From: Tolypothrix carrinoi HA7290-LM1
GTDB lineage: Bacteria > Cyanobacteriota > Cyanobacteriia > Cyanobacteriales > Nostocaceae
Direction: 5' to 3'
Length of the DNA: 64,000 nt
Assembly (NCBI GenBank): GCA_019358935.1
Contig: JAHHIK010000035.1
Span: forward strand, 1 to 64,000
In this document: in pieces, positions 1 to 8,989 of the stretch
How positions within the stretch are numbered: the stretch's first letter is position 1
Layout of the letters: each line of letters begins with the position of its first letter
Made by a program: the position numbers and the translations under genes
Notes under the pieces: generated by a model
The model's input: only the letters and a program-made list of their open reading frames with translations
What the model was told of the DNA's origin: nothing
The model's database searches: none

Positions 1-125
1 ACTTACTTTCCAATTATCTAATCGAGCAACTAAAACGTCCGGACATTGTTATGTCTATAGTTTAGTTTTTAGGCGCTCGGCGCGGCGCAGCCGCGCCATT
101 GCTTGTGCCAGTTGCGTAAGTCCTG
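1..125. mobile_element. Right end of an IS/MITE ending in ...GTGCCAGTTGCGTAAGTCCTG, inserted into tnpB; the rest lies outside the window
   Basis: Same terminal motif (TGCGTAAGTCCTG, reverse complement of CAGGACTTACGCA) as the MITEs at 23139, 25916, 30225 and 60793. The TnpB frame starts abruptly at 126, after an in-frame TAA at 117-119. Confidence 0.65.
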
Positions 126-803
126 ACAAAAACTAAAGCATTTACTATCTCCAAAATAGCAAGTGATTGGTATATTTCCTTTTCATATGAAATTGAACAA
201 AAAATCACAGAAAAAAAACATGATTTTGTTGGGGTAGATTTAGGAATTAAAACTCTTGCTACTTTATCCACTGGAGTTGCATTTATTAACCCGAAAGCCT
301 TCAGAAAAGCTCAAAATAAACTTGCACGTCTACAACGTCAACTACAACGTAAAATTCCAGGGAGTAATCGATACAAAAAACAGTCTCTAAGGATAGCTTC
401 ATGCCATAGACGTATTGCTAATATCCGTCGTGATGCGACTCACAAAGCGACTACATTTATATGCAAAAACCACGCAGTAGTAGCTTTGGAAGATTTAAAT
501 ACCTCTGGTATGATGCAAAATCATAAATTAGCTGCTGCTGTGGGTGATGCAAATTTCTCTGAATTCCGTCGCCAAATCGAATACAAAGGAGAACGTTACG
601 GTGCTGAGGTCGTTTTCGTAGATAGATTTTATCCATCTTCAAAAACATGCTCAAACTGCGGTGAAATTCAAGATATTACTTTATCAGAGCGTGTTTATAC
701 ATGTCAGAAATGTAAACACACTTCTTGCCGAGATTTAAATGCATCCAAAAATTTAGAAAGATATGCACGGTTGGCTAAACCCTGCCTGGACGCAGATGGT
801 TAA
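126..803 (+). pseudogene. tnpB: 3' part of RNA-guided nuclease TnpB, interrupted at its 5' side
   Basis: Open frame from 126 reads TKTKAFTISKIASDWYISFSYE...VGVDLGIKTLA...LEDLN...CSNCG...CQKC...RDLNA, closely paralleling 61900-63006. The N-terminal half is absent. Confidence 0.85.
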
Positions 804-868
804 TTGCGCCGACGCAGCCAAATGAAGCGTTAAGTAATGTCTAGGTTTGTCTAGATTTTATGTAGCAG
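804..868 (+). mobile_element. Right end of tnpB element (likely omega-RNA scaffold 3' part)
   Basis: Ends AAGTAATGTCTAGGTTTGTCTAGATTTTATGTAGCAG, almost identical to the end of the second element at 63070. Similarity stops there. Confidence 0.7.
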
Positions 869-1060
869 TAAAAGAAATAATCATAAAAGAACTGCGCTCC
901 TTGAATGTGTAGATTGCATAATGTTGATTTATTTAATCTATTGAAAGAGCGAATTTGTTTAACAACTTATGAGGGGAGAACCTCTGTCTAGGGAATGATT
1001 TGGGTTGGGAGCCAAATGAAGTAATAATAGAATGCTAAATAAAAATCGAGATTGTATTCT

Positions 1061-1507
1061 ATGAAACGGAATTATTTAACGAAAGGGCTTTCGACTGTGG
1101 GACGCTTTCTGGCTACAAGTCTGTTTTGTGTGCTTGCTGTCGCCTTCGTCTGGCAGGGTGCGTTTTTCTCAAACACCGCAGCAATGGCTAATCCGGCTGT
1201 AAACTTAATCGCCGAAGCAGACGCAGGCGATCAAATTAAAGACAAAGTTAATGAAGGTGCTGAAGCAGCCAAAAATTTCGTCCGAGATTCACAAGATAAA
1301 GTTAAGCAAACTGCAAGGAAAAATGCCTCTAAAGTTGACGAAGCAACTGACAATGGTAATTTGATTGAGGGCAAAGCAAAAAGAGATAAGGCTACAATTG
1401 AAAAGAGAGCAAACGAAGATGCAGCAAGGACCCAGAAAGTAATAGACAAGGAAAAGAATGTTGTTGAAGGCGTTGTTGATAAGATCAAGGATGTTTTTGG
1501 CAAATAG
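1061..1507 (+). CDS. Secreted/membrane-anchored hydrophilic protein (LEA/stress-protein-like)
   Basis: N-terminal hydrophobic segment followed by a Lys/Asp/Ala-rich amphipathic region. Confidence 0.7.
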   Translation: MKRNYLTKGLSTVGRFLATSLFCVLAVAFVWQGAFFSNTAAMANPAVNLIAEADAGDQIKDKVNEGAEAAKNFVRDSQDKVKQTARKNASKVDEATDNGNLIEGKAKRDKATIEKRANEDAARTQKVIDKEKNVVEGVVDKIKDVFGK

Positions 1508-1830
1508 AGAATAGATAGGCGCTGTTGATAGTAAGCAGGTACAAGACAACGCGCCTACGTTAAAAATAGGTTATACGTTCAGATTTGGAAAAACTGGACG
1601 TATAAACCGTGAAAAAACCGGGATTATCGCTTCATATACAAGCGCGTATAACCAAAAATCTTCGAGTTGAGTGAAATTATTACGACTGCGATCGCACTAT
1701 TTCAAGCAATCGAACCAGAGCGATCGCAGTATTCGGACTCTCAAGGATTTCGCTATCAAATCTCGATAACGTCAAAGAATCTCAAATGGTTCAATTGTGA
1801 TTATTTGAATTATCCTGATAATTCTACTTT

Positions 1831-2118
1831 TTAATCTTGAGATTCTTCGGAAATTGGTTGTGATTCGCTTTCCGGTTCTATGATGACTTTCGGTTGAGGT
1901 TTAACAGGTTTTGGACCCCGCGCTAGGGCTGGATTAACCGATTGCCTGGATTCATCTTTAAAGGATGCTTTTTTGCCTCTACCCTTTGAGCGGTCATCAC
2001 TTTGTTTTGAGCTTTTGGGATTGGATTGAGGAGTCGGCATAGAATCCGAATTTTCTGACTTGCTGTCATTACCTGAAGAGGGCTGACGTTCCGATTTTTT
2101 GATTGGGCGTTCTACCAT
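1831..2118 (-). CDS. Small hydrophilic hypothetical protein
   Basis: 95-aa ORF with ATG start, MVERPIKKSER...VNPALARGPKP. Confidence 0.6.
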   Translation of the reverse strand: MVERPIKKSERQPSSGNDSKSENSDSMPTPQSNPKSSKQSDDRSKGRGKKASFKDESRQSVNPALARGPKPVKPQPKVIIEPESESQPISEESQD

Positions 2119-2210
2119 TGTTAAATTTTGTTAATTTACTTGTCTAGTATATCGCTTTGGCAATGCGTGAAAGTTGCGATCGTGGATGAATTCTATTTCT
2201 TTATCGGGAA

Positions 2211-3691
2211 GTTTCAATTTCGTTGCCCGGTTTCATTTATTTGAAAGGTTAAGGTCATGTTGCCTACTGACGCTATCCGTGTTTCAATCCCGCAAGCGGG
2301 TTTCATTTTTTTGAAAGATAGCGCACGCCGCATTTTCGCTCACGAGCTATAGTTTCAATCCCGCAAGCGGGTTTCATTTATTTGAAAGTAACTATGCATT
2401 TGCATAAAAGCGATCGCTCTTAATTTGTTTCAATCCCGCAAGCGGGAATCATTTATTTGAAAGTGGTGAAAAATTAGGCGTTAAGTTTGAATATCCCGTT
2501 TCAATCCCGCAAGCGGGAATCATTTATTTGAAAGTTTCTGGTATGTCGTAATCTGGTGATGAATTGGCAGGGTTTCAATCCCGCAAGCGGGAATCATTTA
2601 TTTGAAAGTCAAAAGAGCCGCAAAGCTTGGCGTAAATAATTCCTTGTTTCAATCCCGCAAGCGGGAATCATTTATTTGAAAGACGGGTTCTTCCTTTTCG
2701 ATTGGGGGGCAGACTTAATGTTTCAATCCCGCAAGCGGGAATCATTTATTTGAAAGTGGGACTGGGGACAGCGAGTAAGTTACGCAAGTGTTTCAATCCC
2801 GCAAGCGGGTTTCATTTATTTGAAAGGGCAGATCGACAGTACTATGCTGACGTTGCATGGCGGTTTCAATCCCGCAAGCGGGTTTCATTTATTTGAAAGA
2901 ACTGATGTAGATGATCGAGCCACAGCAGTTAATGTGTTTCAATCCCGCAAGCGGGTTTCATTTATTTGAAAGTCAAGAATAGATTTGCGATTATTTCTGT
3001 TTTCAAGTTTCAATCCCGCAAGCGGGTTTCATTTATTTGAAAGTGGAATGTTTCTTTTTTGATGAAACCGCTTGTACTTGTTTCAATCCCGCAAGCGGGT
3101 TTCATTTATTTGAAAGTGGGACTTTATTCCGACGACTAGATGCTGCGAGAGTTTCAATCCCGCAAGCGGGTTTCATTTATTTGAAAGAATTTCAGGATTA
3201 TTTCAAAGGATTCCTGTTTGCAAGGTTTCAATCCCGCAAGCGGGTTTCATTTATTTGAAAGGTAAGTTCCTGTGCTATACACTATCAGTTTTAGTTTCAA
3301 TCCCGCAAGCGGGTTTCATTTATTTGAAAGTAGGACACGAGAAACATATTCTCGATTTTATAAATGGTTTCAATCCCGCAAGCGGGTTTCATTTATTTGA
3401 AAGTTGACTTAAAAATAGCAAATGAATACCGGAAAAGTTTCAATCCCGCAAGCGGGTTTCATTTATTTGAAAGAGTTCGGAGACTTAGAGAAAATGGGGG
3501 GACAACATAGTTTCAATCCCGCAAGCGGGTTTCATTTATTTGAAAGAAGAAATAGATGAGACAACTTTGACTTACTTTGATCGTTTCAATCCCGCAAGCG
3601 GGTTTCATTTATTTGAAAGTGAAGGCTGAGTTGTTACGCGAACATTCTATAATCGTTTCAATCCCGCAAGCGGGTTTCATTTATTTGAAAG
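2211..3691 (-). CRISPR. Type I-D CRISPR array: 21 repeats of 37 bp (sense CTTTCAAATAAATGAAACCCGCTTGCGGGATTGAAAC), 20 spacers of about 32-38 bp
   Basis: Repeats start (+ strand) at 2211 (degenerate terminal copy), 2281, 2352, 2427, 2498, 2572, 2646, 2720, 2790, 2863, 2936, 3007, 3080, 3151, 3225, 3294, 3367, 3437, 3510, 3583 and 3655. Orientation is taken from the ATTGAAAC 3' end, the degenerate distal repeat and the leader next to cas2. Confidence 0.98.
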
Positions 3692-3904
3692 TCCTGCTAG
3701 CCACGACTCAATTATAGAGCCATTTACACAACCACTTTTGGCATGTCTCTGTAAAAAGTCCATTTCAGCCATCGTGAATCACTCTCCCCAAAGATATCAG
3801 AACTGCTATAAGTATTGATTTTTCAAGGTTCTGAGCAGTTTGGCGCAAAGAGCGGTATTTTTGCCCGTGCTTTGAGCCGCCAAAAAATCTTTCAGCAAGC
3901 AACA
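3692..3904 (-). promoter_or_regulatory. CRISPR leader
   Basis: Non-coding 213 bp between the cas2 stop and the first intact repeat. Confidence 0.75.
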
Positions 3905-4198
3905 TTATAATATGATAGTTTCCTCCTGTCTGGGCTTGTCCGAACCATAAGTAATGGTTTTCTTGACCGCACCAGCATCCAAAACGTAGATGCGTACTGA
4001 ATCTTCAGCCGGTTTAATCAAACTCTCGATTTTGATTTTCAGTTTAGCAAATTGCATGGCATTGAGGAAGCATTCAAATATGCTGTACTGCGTCCACTTG
4101 CCATAACCAGATAGCAGACTGTGCAGCTTTTTTCGGCGTTTATTACCAGCCTTTGTATCAGGGATGTCGTAAATTACTAAGTAAAATAACGTACTCAT
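3905..4198 (-). CDS. cas2: CRISPR-associated endonuclease Cas2
   Basis: YLVIYDIPD...YGKWTQYSIFEC...EDSVRIY. Confidence 0.97.
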   Translation of the reverse strand: MSTLFYLVIYDIPDTKAGNKRRKKLHSLLSGYGKWTQYSIFECFLNAMQFAKLKIKIESLIKPAEDSVRIYVLDAGAVKKTITYGSDKPRQEETIIL

Positions 4199-5172
4199 CG
4201 TAGTGCCAAAGGTTTATAAACAACACCTTCCTGTAAGTGGCGGCTTAACAATCGTGCTTGCAATTCAATTGCACGGCGGTAGTGGCAGCGATAGCCAAAG
4301 GTGGGATGCTTAAACTCATCATTCATTTTGCGTTCCCAGCAATTGAGGAATTTTTTTCGCCCTTTTTCGCACAAGCGAAACGCACCCAAGCTGTCAGCAA
4401 AATCATCTGGCTGCAATTCTTTGTGACTGATAACTGAGAGAATCAGGTTATCGGCAATTAACGGTCGAAATTCCTCCATTAAATCCAATACCATTGCTGG
4501 TTGACCGCGTGTGGTTTCGTGTAGATAGCCGATGTAGGGGTCTAAACCTGCCATGTGTACAGCTGCTGTAACTTGTACTTGCAATAGTCCATAAGCAAAT
4601 CCTAGCAATGCATTCACCGCATCCAAAGGAGGACGGCGATTTCTGCCGTTAAAAGTCCACTGTTCGTTGAGCATTGCTGACCAACAAGCGAAATATTCCC
4701 GTGCGGCTAACCCTTCGACACCCCTAACTTCATCAAGGGTCGTTTGTTCTTTAACCAGCTGTTTGCGAGATTTGAGGGGATTATCTTTTTGATCGTGGCG
4801 GTAGAGAACGGCGTACTGGTTGTGAATTTTACCTGCGACTATGCTTTTAACGAGTTCCAAGCGATGTTGTTCGTCGTAATAAGCTGCATATTGTGCCAGC
4901 CGTAGTTGACCGTTACGCGAGTAGGCAGGAAGCGCGGAGCCTAAATATTTACCAAAGCTTGAAAGGTAATGTACTGGCATCCCCAGTTCTAAAGCATACA
5001 CTAAAGCATCACCTGTAACCTGGGGATTTCCCATTAACACAACTTGTTCCACGGTTTGTGCGGGAACTGAATGTTTCTGCCAAGCACCATCTTCTTGCTT
5101 TAACGCGACTTTAAATGCTTCCGCAGTTTTGCTTAAAACTGCGTCGGGTTGGGTGACATAAAGAACAGACAT
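4195..5172 (-). CDS. cas1: Type I-D Cas1
   Basis: RGVEGLAAREYF, RNRRPPLDAVNALL, GLDPYIGYLH, LDLMEEFRP. Confidence 0.98.
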   Translation of the reverse strand: MSVLYVTQPDAVLSKTAEAFKVALKQEDGAWQKHSVPAQTVEQVVLMGNPQVTGDALVYALELGMPVHYLSSFGKYLGSALPAYSRNGQLRLAQYAAYYDEQHRLELVKSIVAGKIHNQYAVLYRHDQKDNPLKSRKQLVKEQTTLDEVRGVEGLAAREYFACWSAMLNEQWTFNGRNRRPPLDAVNALLGFAYGLLQVQVTAAVHMAGLDPYIGYLHETTRGQPAMVLDLMEEFRPLIADNLILSVISHKELQPDDFADSLGAFRLCEKGRKKFLNCWERKMNDEFKHPTFGYRCHYRRAIELQARLLSRHLQEGVVYKPLALR

Positions 5173-5174
5173 AT

Positions 5175-5759
5175 TTATACCTCAAGGCGTAATTTTTTGA
5201 TTTCTTTTGGCAGGCAAATTTTCTGCAAGCTGCAATCTCGACATTTTTTAGGATGGTCGATAGGTGGTGGCATTGTTTGCGCGATCGCATTACGTGCAGA
5301 TTGAATAGCTTGTTGCGTAGAACGGGAAAATGCGGGTGTAAAATCTACACGCTGGCGACGACGATTGGCATAATAGAAAATTTCGCCATAACTAATCGTG
5401 TTGCGAGTGCGTTCTTCGAGACACAACGCTGCACCGCAAAGCTGAAAGTGGTCGCACAGATGATTCGCCATCCGACCTTTTTTGAATTCTACGGGAATGA
5501 GTTGGTTGTCTTTTTCCTCAACAGCATCGATAATGCCGTAAATGTGCAAGCGATCGCTCCACACCCATTGATGGCGATAAACTACTTTATCACCCTCCGT
5601 ATATTGACCCTCTGTGTCTACATTTCGGTGTAAATGGCGACCAAGAACCAGATGTTCGTTATCAGCATTTTCTCCCAGTTCGTATTCCAAGTAGAAGCGA
5701 CGAGGGCAGTATTCCCAAGCATTTAAATATGCCAAAGGTAGTGAGTATTGTTCGTTCAT
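5175..5759 (-). CDS. cas4: Cas4
   Basis: YCPRRFY, GIIDAVE, PVEFKKG and the C-terminal CxxCSLxxxC Fe-S cluster motif. Confidence 0.96.
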   Translation of the reverse strand: MNEQYSLPLAYLNAWEYCPRRFYLEYELGENADNEHLVLGRHLHRNVDTEGQYTEGDKVVYRHQWVWSDRLHIYGIIDAVEEKDNQLIPVEFKKGRMANHLCDHFQLCGAALCLEERTRNTISYGEIFYYANRRRQRVDFTPAFSRSTQQAIQSARNAIAQTMPPPIDHPKKCRDCSLQKICLPKEIKKLRLEV

Positions 5760-6631
5760 TTGCGTTTGTGCGATCGCTTTAAATTGATCTCATTTCTCAA
5801 GGCTTCTTTATGAGTGCCTTTTACTTGTTGCATTAATTGCGTTTGTCCCATACCCATTGAAGTTTTGCGTCCAACTCCCGAAAAAAAGGCAAAATTGGCA
5901 AGGATAGTTGCAATTCGAGCCACATCTACCTCACCGAAGCGATAGCGCACCCAACCCTGTGCGCCAATTTCTGCACCTCCTTCCATTTTCAGGGCGTAGG
6001 TTTTCAAGTCGTATGCTGATACCAATGCATTCCATTCCTGGAGTGGAAGTTGATATTCAGATGGTGCGAAGGCATTCCAGCGTCGGTGCAGCGAGTTAAA
6101 TACTAACTCTGGCAGCGGAAACGTTTGAACGCTTTGATTTTGTTTGAAACTAGTGGGGGAAAGAAAATGCAATTCGATATCGGTCAAAATTTGCGGGGGA
6201 TGTGACAGCAACCCGTAATCTGCTGAAAGAGCGAGTCGATGCGTACCCGGTAGCGCGTACATATTGCGTAGCACGAAGGGGAAATTTGCTAATACAAGAG
6301 ATTGCTTTTCCGATTGTTCAAACCCGCGTAATAGCGGTTCGATTAAGCGACCATCTAATATCCCAATGCGAAAGTAAAAAAAGTCCCCTACTTGCGTACC
6401 CGACGGACGACGATTTCCCAATAAACCGGAAATACTCAAGGGTGAATTTTGGCTGGAATGAACTATGGACGCAGCTTCAGGATTTCCCAACGCTAGCCAT
6501 TGTAAAACTAAAGCGTGAAGCGATCGCGATAAAGTTGGTGGTATATCTCCAACATCAGCAGCGGCAAGTCCGACAACGATTGAGTGTAATGTTGGGGAGT
6601 TATGCAGTTGCTGCAACATTTCCGGCTCCAT
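5756..6631 (-). CDS. cas6: Cas6 endoribonuclease (start may be 6619)
   Basis: FLSPTSF and the C-terminal G-loop FSGVGRKTSMGMG. Confidence 0.95.
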   Translation of the reverse strand: MEPEMLQQLHNSPTLHSIVVGLAAADVGDIPPTLSRSLHALVLQWLALGNPEAASIVHSSQNSPLSISGLLGNRRPSGTQVGDFFYFRIGILDGRLIEPLLRGFEQSEKQSLVLANFPFVLRNMYALPGTHRLALSADYGLLSHPPQILTDIELHFLSPTSFKQNQSVQTFPLPELVFNSLHRRWNAFAPSEYQLPLQEWNALVSAYDLKTYALKMEGGAEIGAQGWVRYRFGEVDVARIATILANFAFFSGVGRKTSMGMGQTQLMQQVKGTHKEALRNEINLKRSHKRK

Positions 6632-7376
6632 AGAATGTCCCTAATGGTAAACAAATCTGTTCGGGTAATTGGGGTAATTGCGATTTGAACTCTTTCCAAT
6701 CTTCTCCTTTTACTTCGCAATATTCACCACGCAATTGAGCTTGGCTAACTAAACTCACTGGGGGCATAACAATGCGGTTGTACAATAGCATTTGGGTATC
6801 GTTTGGTAAATCCAGTGGGTTTAATGGATGTAAACATACATATTCCCCCGATTTAAATTCCAATACTGAATCGGGAATTTTGACTACCTCAACATGGATT
6901 TTAGCAGCCCATTTTCCCAGCCGTATCCAACGCGGAAAGTTGATAGTTTCTGGTGCAACAATATATGTGCGATATGAGCTGCCAACTGCTAATTCTTTAG
7001 CACGACCGTAGTTAATAGGATAATTTTTATCTGCTCCTTTCTCGCCGAATTGTTTAGATTTACCGTAATACCCAACTTGAGCCGCTTTGAAAGTATTAAT
7101 TTGATAAGACCAAGTAATGGGCTGTGCCGGAAACACATAAATTCCGGCTTGATTTAAGTGCAATAAATTTTGTTCGGCTTTGCCATCCAAATAAGTTGGT
7201 TTTTGTGCCAATTCTCCTTGGAGACGGTAAGGTTGGGGAATATATTTGATTCCGAATAATGCAAAACTCAGCGCCCAATTGTGCAAATTTTTTTCGGTTT
7301 CATAGAGGATTCCCATCTCCCGCGTGGCAAAAAATACATTGTCATGCAGCGTCAGAATGCAATGATAAAGTGTCAT
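6600..7376 (-). CDS. cas5d: Type I-D Cas5/Csc1
   Basis: LHDNVFFATREMG...LHNWALSFAL...FPRWIRLGKW; position in the operon. Confidence 0.93.
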   Translation of the reverse strand: MTLYHCILTLHDNVFFATREMGILYETEKNLHNWALSFALFGIKYIPQPYRLQGELAQKPTYLDGKAEQNLLHLNQAGIYVFPAQPITWSYQINTFKAAQVGYYGKSKQFGEKGADKNYPINYGRAKELAVGSSYRTYIVAPETINFPRWIRLGKWAAKIHVEVVKIPDSVLEFKSGEYVCLHPLNPLDLPNDTQMLLYNRIVMPPVSLVSQAQLRGEYCEVKGEDWKEFKSQLPQLPEQICLPLGTFYGAGNVAATA

Positions 7377-7384
7377 AGAAAATC

Positions 7385-7545
7385 ATACCATTTTAGATTT
7401 TGAATTTTGGATTTTAGATTCTCTCGTTCCCATTTGCATCTGAATAACTTTTAAACTCTGCGTTCCTCCGCGCTTTACTCTGCGCTTCTCTGCGTTAAAA
7501 AAGATAATTCAAATGCAAACAAATTAGATATAAGAACGAGACAAT
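7385..7545. repeat. Stack of small dispersed repeats between cas7d and cas5d: TTTTAGA-type heptamers and an element with TTTGCATCTGAAT/ATTCAAATGCAAA ends enclosing CTCTGCG repeats
   Basis: Imperfect inverted ends at about 7433 and 7519. The internal CTCTGCG tract recurs at about 37015-37050 (reverse orientation) and 52667-52710. Confidence 0.55.
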
Positions 7546-7553
7546 CAATACCT

Positions 7554-8549
7554 CTAATCTTTCTTACCTTTTTTCTTCAGCGCACCAAAAGATTCTGCAT
7601 AAGCTTTGGTTTGCGCGTATAGTGCGGTCATATTTTCAAATAATTGCGCTTCGTCTTGGTACAGCGTACTTACTTCATCAAGTAAGTCATCTAACTGCGA
7701 ACCAAAAACTAATTTGGTTTTGCGTACTGGTTCATCATTAAGTAAAGTATTTGTCACAACTTGTACCTGATGTAATATATCACCAATTGGAGCATTTACA
7801 TCGCCTTTTAATGCATCATAGAGAGTCTGAGTATAATGCAAATTACTGAAAATTTCGCCATCACAGAAGGCAATCCCCGCAATGTAATTCTTCATTGTTC
7901 CCGTGCGTGATTCTTGAGCGCCGTATCGTTTGGTGCGTAACAAATTTCCCAACACATAAATAAAACCTTCATAGGTAGTATCTCGTAAGGTTTCAATAGT
8001 AGGAAATGTCACTTCGGGTAAAACGTGGTCTAATTCATTGATGCTATGTCGCATTTCTCCACCTTCTTTGTTCATGGTTCCGGCTTCCGAAAGAGCATTA
8101 AAAGTAAAGCTTCGATGAGATTGTTCGTAAGCACTCAATGAAAATGCAGAATCTGAGTAAACTTTAGAACGTTCTGAACCGCCATCACCAATTGCAAAGC
8201 CGTAGATAATACAATCTGGACATTTTTTACACTGTTTATTCTCCATATTGTATTCGCAGTATTTATCTTTATTTGATTCATCAGCAGTGGTAAGATTTAA
8301 ACCACGGAGTAATTCGCGTCCAGCAAGCCTTTCGGGAGTGGTTTGCTTGCGTTTGAACATTACCAAACGACTGATTTTTTCTTTATTTTTTACTCCAGCT
8401 TGAGTGCGTGCGGTGTTAAGAATGCCATCTGTTTGCAAAACTGGAAATGATTGGCTGTGACGCAGCATAATAAAGTGGATATACTTGCCTGTTGCCAAGC
8501 GAGGAAATGCAGATTGAAATTGTGGTTTTAAGCTTTCTAAAAGTTTCAT
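7554..8549 (-). CDS. cas7d: Type I-D Cas7/Csc2
   Basis: FKRKQTTPERLAGR, CKKCPDCIIYGFA, RYGAQESRTG. Confidence 0.95.
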   Translation of the reverse strand: MKLLESLKPQFQSAFPRLATGKYIHFIMLRHSQSFPVLQTDGILNTARTQAGVKNKEKISRLVMFKRKQTTPERLAGRELLRGLNLTTADESNKDKYCEYNMENKQCKKCPDCIIYGFAIGDGGSERSKVYSDSAFSLSAYEQSHRSFTFNALSEAGTMNKEGGEMRHSINELDHVLPEVTFPTIETLRDTTYEGFIYVLGNLLRTKRYGAQESRTGTMKNYIAGIAFCDGEIFSNLHYTQTLYDALKGDVNAPIGDILHQVQVVTNTLLNDEPVRKTKLVFGSQLDDLLDEVSTLYQDEAQLFENMTALYAQTKAYAESFGALKKKGKKD

Positions 8550-8989
8550 GATTCTTCTCCTTGTAATTTAGATTTAGATGAATTTTCTTGCAGTGCTAAC
8601 CAACGATAAGCAAATTCAGCGCCGGATTTGATGCGATTGCGATTTTCTTGAAGTAACGCGCGATCGCCTTTATAAAGTCCAATAAACAATTCCTTGACGC
8701 AGGTAGTTATAAAAGCATGAATTGCAGTCAATTCTCGTGCTTCTCTTGTGGCAAGATCTACCGATTTATCCATTATCAATGGACGTTTATAGACTTCTTG
8801 ACGTTGTATGGCATCTTTGATTTGTCCGGCAGCTTGTAAAATCAAATCTTCCTCATCAACTTGTTGCGGCACAGTCAGAATTACTTCCAAAGCTTTAGAT
8901 ATTGGTAGTAATATTGTGTAACTTGATTCGCCCAATTTAGCTTGGTAAAATGTCCGATATTCTCGTACTAACTTTTCCATCAGTTTCAT
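8546..8989 (-). CDS. cas11d: Cas11d small subunit, internally translated in frame within cas10d (147 aa; alternative TTG at 8992)
   Basis: Internal AGGAGG at 9005-9000 precedes in-frame TTG-ATG. Internal translation of Cas11d is established for type I-D. Confidence 0.8.
   Translation of the reverse strand: MKLMEKLVREYRTFYQAKLGESSYTILLPISKALEVILTVPQQVDEEDLILQAAGQIKDAIQRQEVYKRPLIMDKSVDLATREARELTAIHAFITTCVKELFIGLYKGDRALLQENRNRIKSGAEFAYRWLALQENSSKSKLQGEES

Noticed and set aside
2702..3258. ORFs 2702-2896 and 3037-3258
   Set aside because: They are translations of CRISPR repeats and spacers.
2248..3654. Self-targeting or homing spacers in the main array
   Set aside because: No match was found by eye within the window and there are no Tn7-like genes. 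One spacer contains HIP1, which only hints at a cyanobacterial source. A BLAST search is needed.
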